From an uncultured bacterium (GTDB lineage Bacteria > Patescibacteriota > Minisyncoccia > UBA6257 > GWB1-50-10), in assembly GCA_963768835.1 (NCBI GenBank), contig CAVYJB010000002.1:8230-72229 (forward strand): DNA of 64,000 nt. Reading direction: 5' to 3'. The notes beneath the pieces were generated by a model. That model made no database searches. It was not told where the DNA came from and was given only the letters and a program-made list of their open reading frames with translations. Positions 27,897-38,375 of the stretch are shown here, one piece after another. Positions within the stretch are counted from its first letter, which is position 1. Every line of letters begins with the position of its first letter. The translations under genes were made by a program, and so were the position numbers.

Positions 27897-29384
27897 TCAG
27901 GCCGCGGGAGCCGCCCGGAGTTTGGGGGTGCGCCAGAAGCCGAGCCGGAACCGCCCGCCGAGCATGAGCCGGGTCTGCGATTCGAGAGCCGGCACGGAAC
28001 CGAAGAAGATGATCGTGGCCGGCATGAGGATCCACTGGAGCATGGAGAGGGCGTAGTAGGCGAAGGAATTCCCGCGCGCCGGGCGGGGCAGGAGGAACAC
28101 GTTGAACAGCGCGGAGGAGACGATGCCGAGGATGCTGAGGTTGATGAGGACGCCGGTGATCTTCGTCATGTTGTAGGAGAGGAGCGTGGTGTGGAAGACC
28201 GCGCCGCCCAGCGCGTTCGGGAGCCAGCCGAAGAGGAAGATGATGAGCGAGTTCGTCGCCCACGAGTTGAATCCCTCGAGAAGAATGAAGGACCAGTAGA
28301 GCCGCCGCTTGAGGGGAATGGTGTGGCTCCGGAGGAACGCTCCGAGCACATAGGGCACGTTCTCGACGCCCCACGCCCAGCGCCGCTGCTGGAGATAGAG
28401 GTTCTTGAGCGCCTTCCAGAACGAGCGTCCGCCCACCGCATCCATATAGATGGGGTAGAGGAGCGGCACGGTGCGCCAGTCGCCTTTGAAATGGATGAGG
28501 CACTGGAAGAAGATGCGGGAGTCCTCCGAAACGATCCCGGTGTCCCAGAAACCGATCTCGACGAGGGGTTTGAGCGGCATGCTGTGGGAGGAGAACGTCA
28601 CGAGCTGCTGGCTGCGGGACTGCTGCATGAGCTGCCAGAACGTGGAGCTGAAGGCGGTGATGCGCGCGAAGAGAGGGACCTCCTCGATGTTGTTCGTGAA
28701 AAGCGGGACGGGCTGGTAGCTCGCCCGTTCGGAGTTAGGCTCGGTGAGGAAGCGGTGCGTGAGAATCCCGAAGTAGTTCGGGCCGGGCCGGGTATCGCTG
28801 TCGAAGACCGACACGAGAACGTCTTTATACGGCACGCCCGAAGGGTCCACGAGCCTCTCGAGCGCCTCCCGCGCCGCCCAGGTCTCGTTCGATCCTTTCC
28901 CCGAGAGCTCGCCCGCGATGCCCGACGGGTGGGCGGTCACGAGAAATCCCCCGAAGACGTCCTGGAAGTCCGCCGCGATGCGGGCCGCGGTCGCGGCGTC
29001 GTCCATACCCCCGCGCGCTTCGGTCGCGAGGACCACCCAGAAACGTTTCTTGGGGTAGTTCGCTTCGGCAACGCTCCGGATGCTCGCGCGGACGACTTCG
29101 TAAGGCTCGTGGAACATCGGGAACACCACGAGGTGGTGGATCCGTTCCCATGCCCGCCTTTCCTGTTTCAAGCGCTTCAGCCAGTCGCGGTCCATGTTGT
29201 CGCGCATCGTGCGGAAAGAGAGACGCAGGTGCGCCACGAGATAGCTGATCTTCACCAGCCAATAGAGGTCGTAGAGAACGATAAAGATCGCGACGACCCC
29301 GGGGACCCGCCACGAAAGGAAAAGAAGTCCGAAGAGGACCGCCCAGGAGAGAAAGCCGGGGAGGATCTCAAGAAATCTCTTCAT
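27897..29384 (-). CDS. family 2 glycosyltransferase, membrane-integrated (cellulose/chitin synthase-like)
   Basis: DSDTRP (DxD) and QQRRWAWG (QxxRW) motifs; multiple TM helices. Confidence 0.8.
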   Translation of the reverse strand: MKRFLEILPGFLSWAVLFGLLFLSWRVPGVVAIFIVLYDLYWLVKISYLVAHLRLSFRTMRDNMDRDWLKRLKQERRAWERIHHLVVFPMFHEPYEVVRASIRSVAEANYPKKRFWVVLATEARGGMDDAATAARIAADFQDVFGGFLVTAHPSGIAGELSGKGSNETWAAREALERLVDPSGVPYKDVLVSVFDSDTRPGPNYFGILTHRFLTEPNSERASYQPVPLFTNNIEEVPLFARITAFSSTFWQLMQQSRSQQLVTFSSHSMPLKPLVEIGFWDTGIVSEDSRIFFQCLIHFKGDWRTVPLLYPIYMDAVGGRSFWKALKNLYLQQRRWAWGVENVPYVLGAFLRSHTIPLKRRLYWSFILLEGFNSWATNSLIIFLFGWLPNALGGAVFHTTLLSYNMTKITGVLINLSILGIVSSALFNVFLLPRPARGNSFAYYALSMLQWILMPATIIFFGSVPALESQTRLMLGGRFRLGFWRTPKLRAAPAA

Positions 29385-29427
29385 GGAACAATGAGCCGGC
29401 TTCGCGACAGAGACTCGGCCCTTGGAA

Positions 29428-29844
29428 TTAGTAATAGAGGACGAACCCGAGAGAACTATCGAGGCTGTACTGACCGCCTCCGATGGTGAGAAGCACCAAC
29501 AGCCCCGCGAGAATCACGAGGTCGAATTCGTACCCGTCCACAAGCGGCTTGCCGCGCTTCACGGTGAAGAGAATGACGATAAACTGGACCGCGAGGATGG
29601 CCGCGACGATCTGCGTGAGGAACCCCAGCGCGAGGAGGATGCCGCCTCCGACCTCCGCCGCGATGACGACGCTCGCCCAGAAGCGCGCCGGCTTGAATCC
29701 CGCCGATCCGAGGAACCCCGCCGTCCCCCCGAAGTTCTTTACCTTGTTCCATCCGTGCATGAGCAGGATGACCCCGAGAACGATCCGGAGAAAGAGAAGC
29801 CCCCAGTCCCCGAACAAAAGAAGCGGTTGTATCATACCGGCCAT
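29428..29844 (-). CDS. DoxX-family membrane protein
   Basis: 4 TM helices; start MAGMIQPLLLFGDWGLLFLRIVLG at 29844 (ORF-track start over-extended). Confidence 0.6.
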   Translation of the reverse strand: MAGMIQPLLLFGDWGLLFLRIVLGVILLMHGWNKVKNFGGTAGFLGSAGFKPARFWASVVIAAEVGGGILLALGFLTQIVAAILAVQFIVILFTVKRGKPLVDGYEFDLVILAGLLVLLTIGGGQYSLDSSLGFVLYY

Positions 29845-29967
29845 TATAGACCTGCCTTTATAAATATAAAAGCGCCTGGTACATATTGCGTACCAAGGCG
29901 CTCTGAGCCGGCGGATTCTACGGCACACTTTCCCACCCACCGAAGGAGAAGTGTCCGTACCGGCGAC

Positions 29968-30168
29968 TCATGATTTCTTGGCCTTTTTGCGTGAGGCCTT
30001 TCCGCTTTCCGCATGCGCCAGCTCCGACGGCTTGGGAAGAACTTCTTCCACGTTTCGCGACCTGCATTCGGGGTTGGGACATACGTGCTCTCCTGGAACT
30101 TCGGGGTCCAGGAACTCGTGTGCCGGCCCTATGTGGGCGCAGTCACAGCAAATCAGTTCTGCGGGCAT
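29968..30168 (-). CDS. small zinc-ribbon protein
   Basis: CCDC...H...CPNPEC motif; SD GAGGAG upstream of MPAELICCDC start. Confidence 0.45.
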   Translation of the reverse strand: MPAELICCDCAHIGPAHEFLDPEVPGEHVCPNPECRSRNVEEVLPKPSELAHAESGKASRKKAKKS

Positions 30169-30262
30169 GGGAATCTCCTCAATTGTTTGGTTCTGCGTAA
30201 ATAGTAGCATATTGAGACTAGTTTGTCAAATACTTCAAAACCTGCTAGGATTCCCATATTCC

Positions 30263-31309
30263 ATGCGTATTTTAGCCATCGAAACGTCCTGCGACGAGAC
30301 CGCGCTCGCGCTCGTCGAAGCCTCGGGAGGACTGAAGGCTCCCCGCTTCAGGGTTCTCGAGAACATCGTTTCCTCCCAGATCGCGGTCCACGCGCCTTTC
30401 GGCGGGGTGGTCCCCGGCCTCGCGAAACGGGAGCACATTAAGAACCTTCCGGTCGTGTTCGCGAAACTGAGCAAAAAACTGAAAGCGTACGCGCCGGACC
30501 TCCTCGCGGTGACGGTGGGGCCGGGGCTTGAGCCGGCGCTCTGGACCGGCATCGTGTTCGCGAAGGAAATCCACAAAACCTATTTCCCGAAGGTTCCCTT
30601 GATCGGCGCGAACCATCTGGAGGGGCACCTCGCCAGCTTTCTCCTTCCGGGCACCCAGGGAGAACGTATATATAGAACGAAAGGGCTCCCCGCCGTCTTC
30701 CCCGCCGTTGCGCTCGTGGTCTCCGGCGGTCACACCATCCTCCTTTATATGAAGTCGCTCACGGCGTGGCGGAAGCTCGGCGAGACCCGGGACGACGCGG
30801 TGGGCGAGGCGTTCGACAAGGCGGCGAAAATGCTCGGGCTGCCCTATCCCGGCGGTCCGGAGATCGCGCGGGCCGCGGAGACCGGGAATCCCGCCGCCAT
30901 CCCGTTCCCCCGCCCTATGCTCCACGCCAAGAACTACGATTTCTCCTTCTCGGGCCTCAAGACCTCTCTCCTCTATCACCTCCGCGACCACGGGAAGCCC
31001 TCGGCGCAGGAGCGGGCGGACATCGCCGCGTCCTTCCAGGAGGCCGCCGTGGACGTGCTGGTGCAAAAAGCCGTCCGGGCCGCGGAGCAGTACCGCGCGA
31101 AATCCATCCTGCTTTCGGGAGGCGTCGCCGCGAACCGCGCGCTCCGCGCGGCGCTCCAGGCGGCGGCCCGGAAGCACAAACTGAATTTTCTCGCGCCGCC
31201 GATGGAGTTCAACACCGATAACGCGACGATGATCGCCGCCGCCGCGTACCTCCAATCGCTCCGGAAGAAACGGCACCGGCTCGCGGCGCAGGGAAATCTG
31301 AGTTTGTAA
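30263..31309 (+). CDS. tsaD: tRNA N6-adenosine threonylcarbamoyltransferase
   Basis: Kae1/TsaD N-terminus MRILAIETSCDETALAL and ASKH-fold motifs (SGGVAAN). Confidence 0.9.
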   Translation: MRILAIETSCDETALALVEASGGLKAPRFRVLENIVSSQIAVHAPFGGVVPGLAKREHIKNLPVVFAKLSKKLKAYAPDLLAVTVGPGLEPALWTGIVFAKEIHKTYFPKVPLIGANHLEGHLASFLLPGTQGERIYRTKGLPAVFPAVALVVSGGHTILLYMKSLTAWRKLGETRDDAVGEAFDKAAKMLGLPYPGGPEIARAAETGNPAAIPFPRPMLHAKNYDFSFSGLKTSLLYHLRDHGKPSAQERADIAASFQEAAVDVLVQKAVRAAEQYRAKSILLSGGVAANRALRAALQAAARKHKLNFLAPPMEFNTDNATMIAAAAYLQSLRKKRHRLAAQGNLSL

Positions 31310-31372
31310 AAGAAAACCCCGTCTGCATAGCGCAGGCGGGGTTGGTAATCGTAGAGCTCCGCTCCAGGGAGC

Positions 31373-31777
31373 TTAGGTGTTTTTCATGAATTCGTTGAGG
31401 AGGTTCGCCTCCGGCGTATCCACGTCCGCGATCTCGAACGGGAAGGGGCTGAGTTCCGGCCTGAACCGGAGCGCCAACCCCGAGAAATTGCGGAGGTGCT
31501 CCATGGAGAGCATCACATTGTCGGCTTTCCATCCCCACGTCGCTTCCACGAGCTCGACCTTGATGTAGGACCCCGTGGGCCATGACGCGGGCCACACGGT
31601 GACGAAAATCTTGGTAAGTTGCTCGGGAGACTGCGCGGCCTTCACGCGGAGTCCGTACCGCATTGTGGGCCATCCCGGCACCGCTCGCAGCATCAGTTCC
31701 TCGAGGTGCACGATGACTTCGCACGCCGCGTAGACGTGTGCGTGGATCTCGCTTTTCTCTTCTACCATAGCGACCAT
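31373..31777 (-). CDS. hypothetical protein
   Basis: ORF with SD GGAAGGAA before MVAMVEEK; no known motifs. Confidence 0.4.
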   Translation of the reverse strand: MVAMVEEKSEIHAHVYAACEVIVHLEELMLRAVPGWPTMRYGLRVKAAQSPEQLTKIFVTVWPASWPTGSYIKVELVEATWGWKADNVMLSMEHLRNFSGLALRFRPELSPFPFEIADVDTPEANLLNEFMKNT

Positions 31778-31939
31778 GGCGTTCCTTCCTTTCCGGAGCT
31801 TTCCGCTCCAAAGTGAGTTTCTCACTCGCCGCCTTTCCGGCAGCGTGGTTGTAAATGTACCGCGGGGAAATAATACGATTTTAGATAAATATTGTCAAAC
31901 CATGCAAAAATCTTTATTTCCCGCCAAAAACCGGCGATA

Positions 31940-34047
31940 ATGAAATTGATGTTCGACAAGCCCTACGACCCCAAATCGGTGGAGGCGAAGATCTACGAAC
32001 GCTGGGAGAAATCCGGCTACTTCAACCCCGACAACCTCCCCGGGAAGCGGACGAAGAACTACATCGTCTACATGCCCCTCCCCAACGTGACGGGGACGCT
32101 CCATATGGGGCATCTTCTCAATAACACGCTCCAGGACATCGTTGTCCGCTATCACCGCATGCGCGGCTACCGCGCGCTCTACTTCCCCGGCACGGACCAC
32201 GCCGGCATCGCCACGCAGTTCGTGGTCGAAAAGGAACTGAAGAAGGAGGGGGTCTCCCGCTTCGAGATCGGACGGGAAAAATTCATCGAGCGCGTCTGGG
32301 AATGGAAGCGGAAGTACGGCGATCTCATCCTCGGCCAGCTCAAGAAGATCGGTATCTCGGCGGACTGGTCGCGCGCCCGCTTCACGATGGACGAGGCGTA
32401 TGCCAAGGACGTCCGGAACGCCTTCGTCCACTACCACGAACGCGGCTTCCTGTACCGCGGGACGCGCACGGTGAACTGGTGCCCCCGCTGCGGCACTTCG
32501 CTCTCGGAGCTCGAGCTTGAGTACCGGGACGAGACCTCGACGCTCTGGCACATCCGCTACTCCAAGGACATCGTGGTCGCCACGACCCGGCCCGAGACGA
32601 TGCTCGGCGACACCGCCATCGCCGTGAACCCGAAAGACCCCCGGTACCGGAAGCTCGTGGGCACGGAGGTCACGCTCCCGCTCGTGGGGAGGAAGATCCC
32701 CGTCGTCGCGGACGACGCCGTGGACTCCACGTTCGGCACCGGCGCCGTGAAAGTGACGCCCGCCCACGACCTCGTGGACTTCGAGATCGGGGTGCGCCAC
32801 AAACTGCCCCTGGTGCAGGTCATCGACGAGCGGGCGCGGATGACGAAGGAAGCGGGGGTGTACGCGGGCATGAAGACCACCGAGGCGCGCGAGAAGATCG
32901 TCGCGGAGCTCAAGGCGCAGAAGCTCCTCGTGAAGGAGGAGGTGTACCCGCACCGCGTCGCGGTCTGCTACCGCTGCGGCACGATCATCGAGCCCATCCC
33001 CTCGACCCAGTGGTTCCTCAAGATGGGAGAGCTTGCGAAGATGGCGCTGGACGCCGTGCGATCCAGGAAAGTCACCATCGCGCCCGAGAACTTCGAGAAG
33101 GTTTACACGAGCTGGCTTGAGGGTGTCCGCGACTGGACCGTCTCCCGCCAGATCTGGTGGGGCCACCGGATACCGGTTTGGTTCTGCAAGAACGACCCGG
33201 AGCAGTTCGTGGTAAGCATAGAACCGCCGAAGGCGTGCCCGTTCTGCAAGAAGTGCGAGATGACGGAGAGCGAGGATGTCCTCGACACCTGGTTCTCTTC
33301 CGCGCTCTGGCCCTTCGCGGGCTCTCCGCGTCCGACCTCAAGAAATATTATCCCGGCTCCACGCTCATCACCGCCCGCGACATCCTGAATCTCTGGGTCG
33401 CGCGGATGATTTTCTCGGGGCTCGAGTTCCAGAAAGAAGTTCCGTTCACGAACGTTTTTATCCACGCGACCATCCTCACGAAGGAAGGGAAGCGGATGTC
33501 GAAATCCCTCGGCACCGGCATCGACCCCCTGCGCTACATCGAGGAACGCGGCGCGGACGCCACGCGCTTCGCCATCGTCTGGCAGGCCTCCGGCCAGGAC
33601 GTGCACTGGGACGAGGCGGCGGTCATCGCCGGGCAGAAATTCGCGAACAAGATGTGGAACGCGGCGCGGTTCGTGCTGGAGAAGGGCGTTATCACGGAGA
33701 TCCCCGCGGCGGCGCCCAAGGGACACACCGAGGCGGACCGCGCCATCCTCGTGGCGTTCGCCAAGGTGCGAGAGAGCGTGGGGAAGGATATCGAATCCTT
33801 CGAGTTCAGCCGCCCTCTCCACGACCTCTACGACTTCTTCTGGCATGCGTTCTGCGACGTCTATCTCGAAGCTTCCAAGCCCCAGCTCGCCGATCCGAAG
33901 CTCGCGCCCGGAACGCGCGCGATTTTGGCGTTCGTCCTCTTCGAATCCTTGAAGCTCCTGCATCCTTTCCTCCCGTTCGTGACGGAGGCTATCTATCAGG
34001 AACTCCCGAAGGAGGGTAAAATATTCCTGATGGTGGAACCATGGTAA
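31940..34047 (+). CDS. valS: valyl-tRNA synthetase, reading frame interrupted near 33310-33330
   Basis: HMGH (LPNVTGTLHMGHLL), ValRS-like editing/catalytic regions, KMSKS (KMSKSLGT); DTWFSSALWPF in one frame then DLKKYYPGSTL...WVARMIF in the frame shifted by 1 nt. Confidence 0.8.
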
Positions 34048-34757
34048 TCGTTTCGCTCGTCATCACGGCAATCGCGGCATTCCTGCCAACGCTCATCTGG
34101 CTTGTTTTCTTTCTCCGCGAAGACCGCCACCCGGAGCCGCGGCGGCTGATCGCCTACACCCTGAGCGTCGGGGCCCTCGTGAGCGTCCCCACGCTCCTCG
34201 TACAGCTGGTTTACAACAACCTCCTCGGGAGCGGTGCGAACTTCACGTTCGCGTCGGTCCTCGGGCTCGCCCTCATCGAGGAGTTCTTCAAGTTTTTCGC
34301 CGCCTATGCCGCCATCCACCGGGACCCGGCCTTCGACGAACCGGTCGATGCGATGGTCTACGCCGTAACCGCGGCCCTAGGGTTCGCCACGGTGGAGAAC
34401 TTCTTCGTTATCGGGAACTTCGCGAACACCGTTCTCCTCATGCCGTGGACCGACGTGCTCCAGACGGTCGCGCTCCGCTTCATCGGCGCGACGCTCCTGC
34501 ACACACTGACCTCCGCGCTCGTGGGCTTCTACTGGGCCAAGGGACTCATCCAGCGCCGTGTGGCGCCCTCCATCGCGATCGGCCTCGTTCTCGCGACCGC
34601 CCTCCACACCGCGTTCAATTTCCTCATCCTCCGGTACCAGAACACGGACCTCATCTACCCCAGCCTGTTTCTGGTCTTCGTCGCGTTCTTCGTGCTGAAC
34701 GATTTCGAGCGCTTAAAAGTCATCCCGCAGGCGGCCCCCACCGGGCGCATCTCGTAG
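34041..34757 (+). CDS. prsW: PrsW-family intramembrane metalloprotease
   Basis: Multiple TM helices, conserved EEFFKFF (EExxK) and later H motifs; ATG overlaps valS stop. Confidence 0.7.
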   Translation: MVIVSLVITAIAAFLPTLIWLVFFLREDRHPEPRRLIAYTLSVGALVSVPTLLVQLVYNNLLGSGANFTFASVLGLALIEEFFKFFAAYAAIHRDPAFDEPVDAMVYAVTAALGFATVENFFVIGNFANTVLLMPWTDVLQTVALRFIGATLLHTLTSALVGFYWAKGLIQRRVAPSIAIGLVLATALHTAFNFLILRYQNTDLIYPSLFLVFVAFFVLNDFERLKVIPQAAPTGRIS

Positions 34758-34811
34758 GCCGGACACCGGCGCGTCGTGGAAGGGGAAAACTAAAAATGCT
34801 ATACTGAACCC

Positions 34812-35261
34812 ATGGCACAAGAAAACAAGGACAACATGTTTGTGGAGCTCGCGAAGGCGAAAAGCTCGCCCGTTCCGCTGAAGATTGAAACGGAAGGGGA
34901 CCCCGCTGAGTTCGACGCGGAGGACGAAGGAGAGGGACAGCTTACGGTCGACGTATTCCAGGATAAGGAGGACATCGTCGTCCAGTCCACCGTCGCCGGC
35001 GTGAACGAGGAGGACCTCGAGGTGAACATCACGAACGAGTCAGTAACGATCCGCGGGAAGCGGGAGCGGATGGATCGGATCGAGGACAAGGATTATTTCT
35101 ATCAGGAATGCTTCTGGGGGCGGTTCTCCCGCTCCATCATCCTCCCCACGGAGGTGGACCCCGAGAAATCCACGGCGGTTCTGAAAAATGGAATCCTTAC
35201 CGTCCGAATGCCGAAGCTGAACCGTCAGAAAGCGAAGAAACTGAAGGTAAAAAGCGATTAG
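34812..35261 (+). CDS. Hsp20/alpha-crystallin family small heat shock protein
   Basis: Alpha-crystallin domain (LTVDVFQDKEDIVVQSTVAGV ... GILTVRMPK). Confidence 0.85.
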   Translation: MAQENKDNMFVELAKAKSSPVPLKIETEGDPAEFDAEDEGEGQLTVDVFQDKEDIVVQSTVAGVNEEDLEVNITNESVTIRGKRERMDRIEDKDYFYQECFWGRFSRSIILPTEVDPEKSTAVLKNGILTVRMPKLNRQKAKKLKVKSD

Positions 35262-35351
35262 GAGCGCAGGATGTAAAAAGAAATCCCTGCTCTTCCAGAA
35301 GGAAGTGCAGGGATTTTGTATCCCACCTCGGGATTTGGATGGATCGCCCTT

Positions 35352-35666
35352 CTACCGTAGTCGCTGTCGAATCAGGTCAAGCGGGATATCCCTCCATAAG
35401 AATTTCTGAATCTCGGCCACATCATTCCACTGAACAGGTCTTCCGAGGAGCTCCCCAAGAAGCACCCAGCTCCGATACGCCGCATCGGCGCGCAGAAACG
35501 CGGGGGTGACCTCTCTGAGGATCTCGCAAAGGGCTCCTGCGGCGAGACCGGGGTTCAGCTCCTTGGACCGCGAAAAGAATTCCAGAAAGTATTCTACTTC
35601 GTCGGCGAGGGGAAATAGCGTTGCTCTGGGGTCTAATCGAAGAAGTATCTTCGTAAGATCGCTCAT
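35352..35666 (-). CDS. hypothetical protein
   Basis: ORF only; no motifs. Confidence 0.4.
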   Translation of the reverse strand: MSDLTKILLRLDPRATLFPLADEVEYFLEFFSRSKELNPGLAAGALCEILREVTPAFLRADAAYRSWVLLGELLGRPVQWNDVAEIQKFLWRDIPLDLIRQRLR

Positions 35667-35845
35667 GGCACGGCCTCCCAATTGTTATCTAGGGTGGTTG
35701 AAGAGGGCTGCCCACAATAATAAGGAAGGTTTCGTACCCTGGCAATTACCTCCGCCACTGAACGTGTCTAGGACCAGGAGCTTCGGATAAAAGAAAAGCC
35801 CCACTCTCTGGTAGGGCCTTTTGTATTAGCCTTGGGAGGATATTC

Positions 35846-36616
35846 TCATCCCCCACAATACTCCCGCTTCTTGTCTTGGTAATAATCCCAGCAGGATTGG
35901 CAGGACACATTGTGTTTTCCCACGGTCGTGCCCACGGTCATGTGCTGGTAGAGCGCCTCATCCAGGGCCCTTTCCTGCGTAAATAGAGGTCTCCCCGTAC
36001 CAGAGAAAAAGAAGTCGATCTTCTCTCTCGCCGTTTTGCAATCTATTGCTGTTCGGTTTTTGCGTTCCATTATGAACGCATCAATGATGAACCCGAGCGA
36101 GATGGCTTGCTGAAGCGCGAGCCAGGGGTAGTGCTCGATCCACATGAGCCACCCGCACGCAACGTTCATGATCATGAACCAGGCGTATCCGGACGGGCGC
36201 TTCTTTGCGAGCAAGTAGGTCCCGATCAGGTATCCGGCGGTCAGCATGAGCTCGAAAAACTGGTTCAGCGTTGTTAGGCCCCCGAAATCATAAAGACTGT
36301 ACGCGGTACCGAGGGCCACACAGACGAGCGCGAGGTAGTTGAGCCACTTCGGTGATTTACGATCGCTGCCTTGGAGCGCGATCGTGAGTCCCAGAATCAT
36401 CGATGGTAACCCTCCGATCTCAAGCGAAGCGGCAATCCAGTTGCGCTCGATGACGAAAATGATCGCCCATGCCGGAAGCCCCACAATGTAGACAATCCAT
36501 GACCAGATGCGCCACCGCCTCTTCGTGTTATCGCTTCGTCCCCGCTCCATGAGCGAGAAAAATGTCTTGTTGAAGAGGTAAAAGGCGCCTCCCCACCACT
36601 GCAGGAATATGTTCAC
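35846..36616 (-). CDS. PnuC-like (nicotinamide riboside transporter family) membrane protein with Cys-containing C-terminal extension
   Basis: About 7 TM helices with Trp-rich profile like PnuC; GTG start with SD AAGGAGG 6 nt upstream; own TTGACG-N18-TGcTATTCT promoter. Confidence 0.45.
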   Translation of the reverse strand: MNIFLQWWGGAFYLFNKTFFSLMERGRSDNTKRRWRIWSWIVYIVGLPAWAIIFVIERNWIAASLEIGGLPSMILGLTIALQGSDRKSPKWLNYLALVCVALGTAYSLYDFGGLTTLNQFFELMLTAGYLIGTYLLAKKRPSGYAWFMIMNVACGWLMWIEHYPWLALQQAISLGFIIDAFIMERKNRTAIDCKTAREKIDFFFSGTGRPLFTQERALDEALYQHMTVGTTVGKHNVSCQSCWDYYQDKKREYCGG

Positions 36617-36666
36617 TGTTCACCTCCTTGGGATAGACAGTAGCAGATGGAAAAGAGCTTAAATAC

Positions 36667-36696
36667 AGAATAGCACAATTATTCACTATCCGTCAA
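36667..36696 (-). promoter_or_regulatory. sigma70-type promoter TTGACG-N18-TGcTATTCT
   Basis: read on minus strand upstream of 35846..36616. Confidence 0.55.
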
Positions 36697-36795
36697 GTCC
36701 CAACTCCTGCTTGGCGCGCTCAGTACTCGGGTTGGCATAAAAAACACCGACGCGATATAGCGTCGGTGGTGAAAATATAATGACTGAGTCATTGG

Positions 36796-37503
36796 TTACC
36801 GCATAGCGGATCTGAGAATGCTGAGTGTGGTATCGATTGCCGCCTTTCTTTCTCCTTCCATTTTCAGCAGCATGCTATCGATCCGTTCATAGCCGTTCTG
36901 GCCGTGGTGGAACAGTGTGTGGCCGAGGAAGAATTTCCAGAACAGCTCGAGGCCGATAATATCCATCTCGGTGTATTCAACCCCTTCGTGGCCCTCATCG
37001 CCGTCGTGGATGTCAAAAATCCTGTTCTTATGGACCCCGGCAACAAGCGCTCCGCCGTCGGTGAATTGTTTGGTAATCCTCTGAAATGCCTTCTGTATAT
37101 CTGGCACGAACTTTCCCTGGAACCACGCTTGGACCGAAGAAACCACCATTGCCTTCGATTCAGGGGGGAGATTCGAAACGATGTACGACGTTTGGCGTGG
37201 AGAGAGATCGACGTTCGAATTCGGCCAGCTGATCTCATTGAGGAAGACTGAGAACTTCACATTAAGCCACCAATCGTCGCTGCTTCCGTTGATCTGCCCG
37301 CCAATCCAGATTTCCGTGTCGGAACCTTCTGGGTCTTCGGCAATGCGCTGAATCAAAGAGACTCCCTCCAATTTGTTCAAGCAGATGTGGGGCTGAAAAT
37401 GGGTCTCTGGCGTACCGACCAGAGACGCGATCCCTCGATTCAGGTCCACTTTCAACTGCGACTTCTCGTGCAGCGCGATGAGCGTCCAAAGATTCTTTCC
37501 CAT
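36796..37503 (-). CDS. hypothetical protein (low-GC)
   Basis: SD GGAGGAT before MGKNLWTLIAL; promoter TTGACG-N17-TGcTATTCC at 37559-37591 places the TSS downstream of the ORF-track ATG 37560. Confidence 0.45.
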   Translation of the reverse strand: MGKNLWTLIALHEKSQLKVDLNRGIASLVGTPETHFQPHICLNKLEGVSLIQRIAEDPEGSDTEIWIGGQINGSSDDWWLNVKFSVFLNEISWPNSNVDLSPRQTSYIVSNLPPESKAMVVSSVQAWFQGKFVPDIQKAFQRITKQFTDGGALVAGVHKNRIFDIHDGDEGHEGVEYTEMDIIGLELFWKFFLGHTLFHHGQNGYERIDSMLLKMEGERKAAIDTTLSILRSAMR

Positions 37504-37558
37504 AGTATCCTCCGGGTTATTGAATTGGTAAGCCTGAAACGCTATGGGAAGGAATAGC

Positions 37559-37591
37559 ATCAGTAGCGCTATCCGTCAAGCGTTTTCCCAC
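37559..37591 (-). promoter_or_regulatory. sigma70-type promoter TTGACG-N17-TGcTATTCC
   Basis: read on minus strand. Confidence 0.5.
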
Positions 37592-37608
37592 AATCAGGCG
37601 AGGCAAAA

Positions 37609-38289
37609 CTAGAAGGCGTGGATAATATCCTCCGCGCGTTTCAGATCCTCGGGAGAGGTGAGCGAAAACCAGTGCTCCATCGGCTCCACCCAAATGGCGT
37701 GGCTTTTCGCCATCGCGGCGATTGTATGCGGGAGACCAAGCTCGCCGTTGGAGATTCGCACGGGCTCGAATCTTAAAATACCTCGGTCGAGCACGTAGGC
37801 GCCCGTCGCGACGTTCACCGTTTCCTGATCCGGCGTCGCGTGTACGAGCCCCTCCATGGTCCCGTCGGGATGGATTGCCACGTGGAGGTAGCGGCCCGGC
37901 GGATGCGCCATCGCTTTTATGCCGAAGGCAAGCGGGTGGCTCACGAGGCGCTCCAGCTCGTCTTGCCGGTAAAGATCGTCGCCGTTCAGGACCAAAAAGC
38001 GGTCGCGAAGCTGCGGCGCGGCGGCCCAAAGCGCCGCCGCGGTGCCGTTCAGTTCGGTGAGCGCGAGATAGGTGATGGGGATGCTTCCCGGGTTAGCTTC
38101 AAAATAAGCGCGGACCTGCTCGCCCAAATATCCGATGACCAAGACGATTTGATTCACCGCCTTGGGAAGGTTCTGGATGGTGCGGGCGACGATGGGAATG
38201 CCGCCGATGGGAATCAGCGCTTTGGGAATCGAGTCGGTGAGCGGTTGCATCCGGGTTCCTTTCCCCGCAGCGAGAATGACGGCTTGCAT
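37609..38289 (-). CDS. sugar-phosphate nucleotidyltransferase (NTP_transferase family)
   Basis: N-terminal MQAVILAAGKGTRMQPLT... GxGTRxxP motif. Confidence 0.75.
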   Translation of the reverse strand: MQAVILAAGKGTRMQPLTDSIPKALIPIGGIPIVARTIQNLPKAVNQIVLVIGYLGEQVRAYFEANPGSIPITYLALTELNGTAAALWAAAPQLRDRFLVLNGDDLYRQDELERLVSHPLAFGIKAMAHPPGRYLHVAIHPDGTMEGLVHATPDQETVNVATGAYVLDRGILRFEPVRISNGELGLPHTIAAMAKSHAIWVEPMEHWFSLTSPEDLKRAEDIIHAF

Positions 38290-38375
38290 GGGCCCATTGT
38301 AAAGGAACGACGGCGGTTTGAAAAATAGAAAAGGGCGGTCTTGCGACGCGCCCTTTTTGTCAGCCCTCTCCATTG

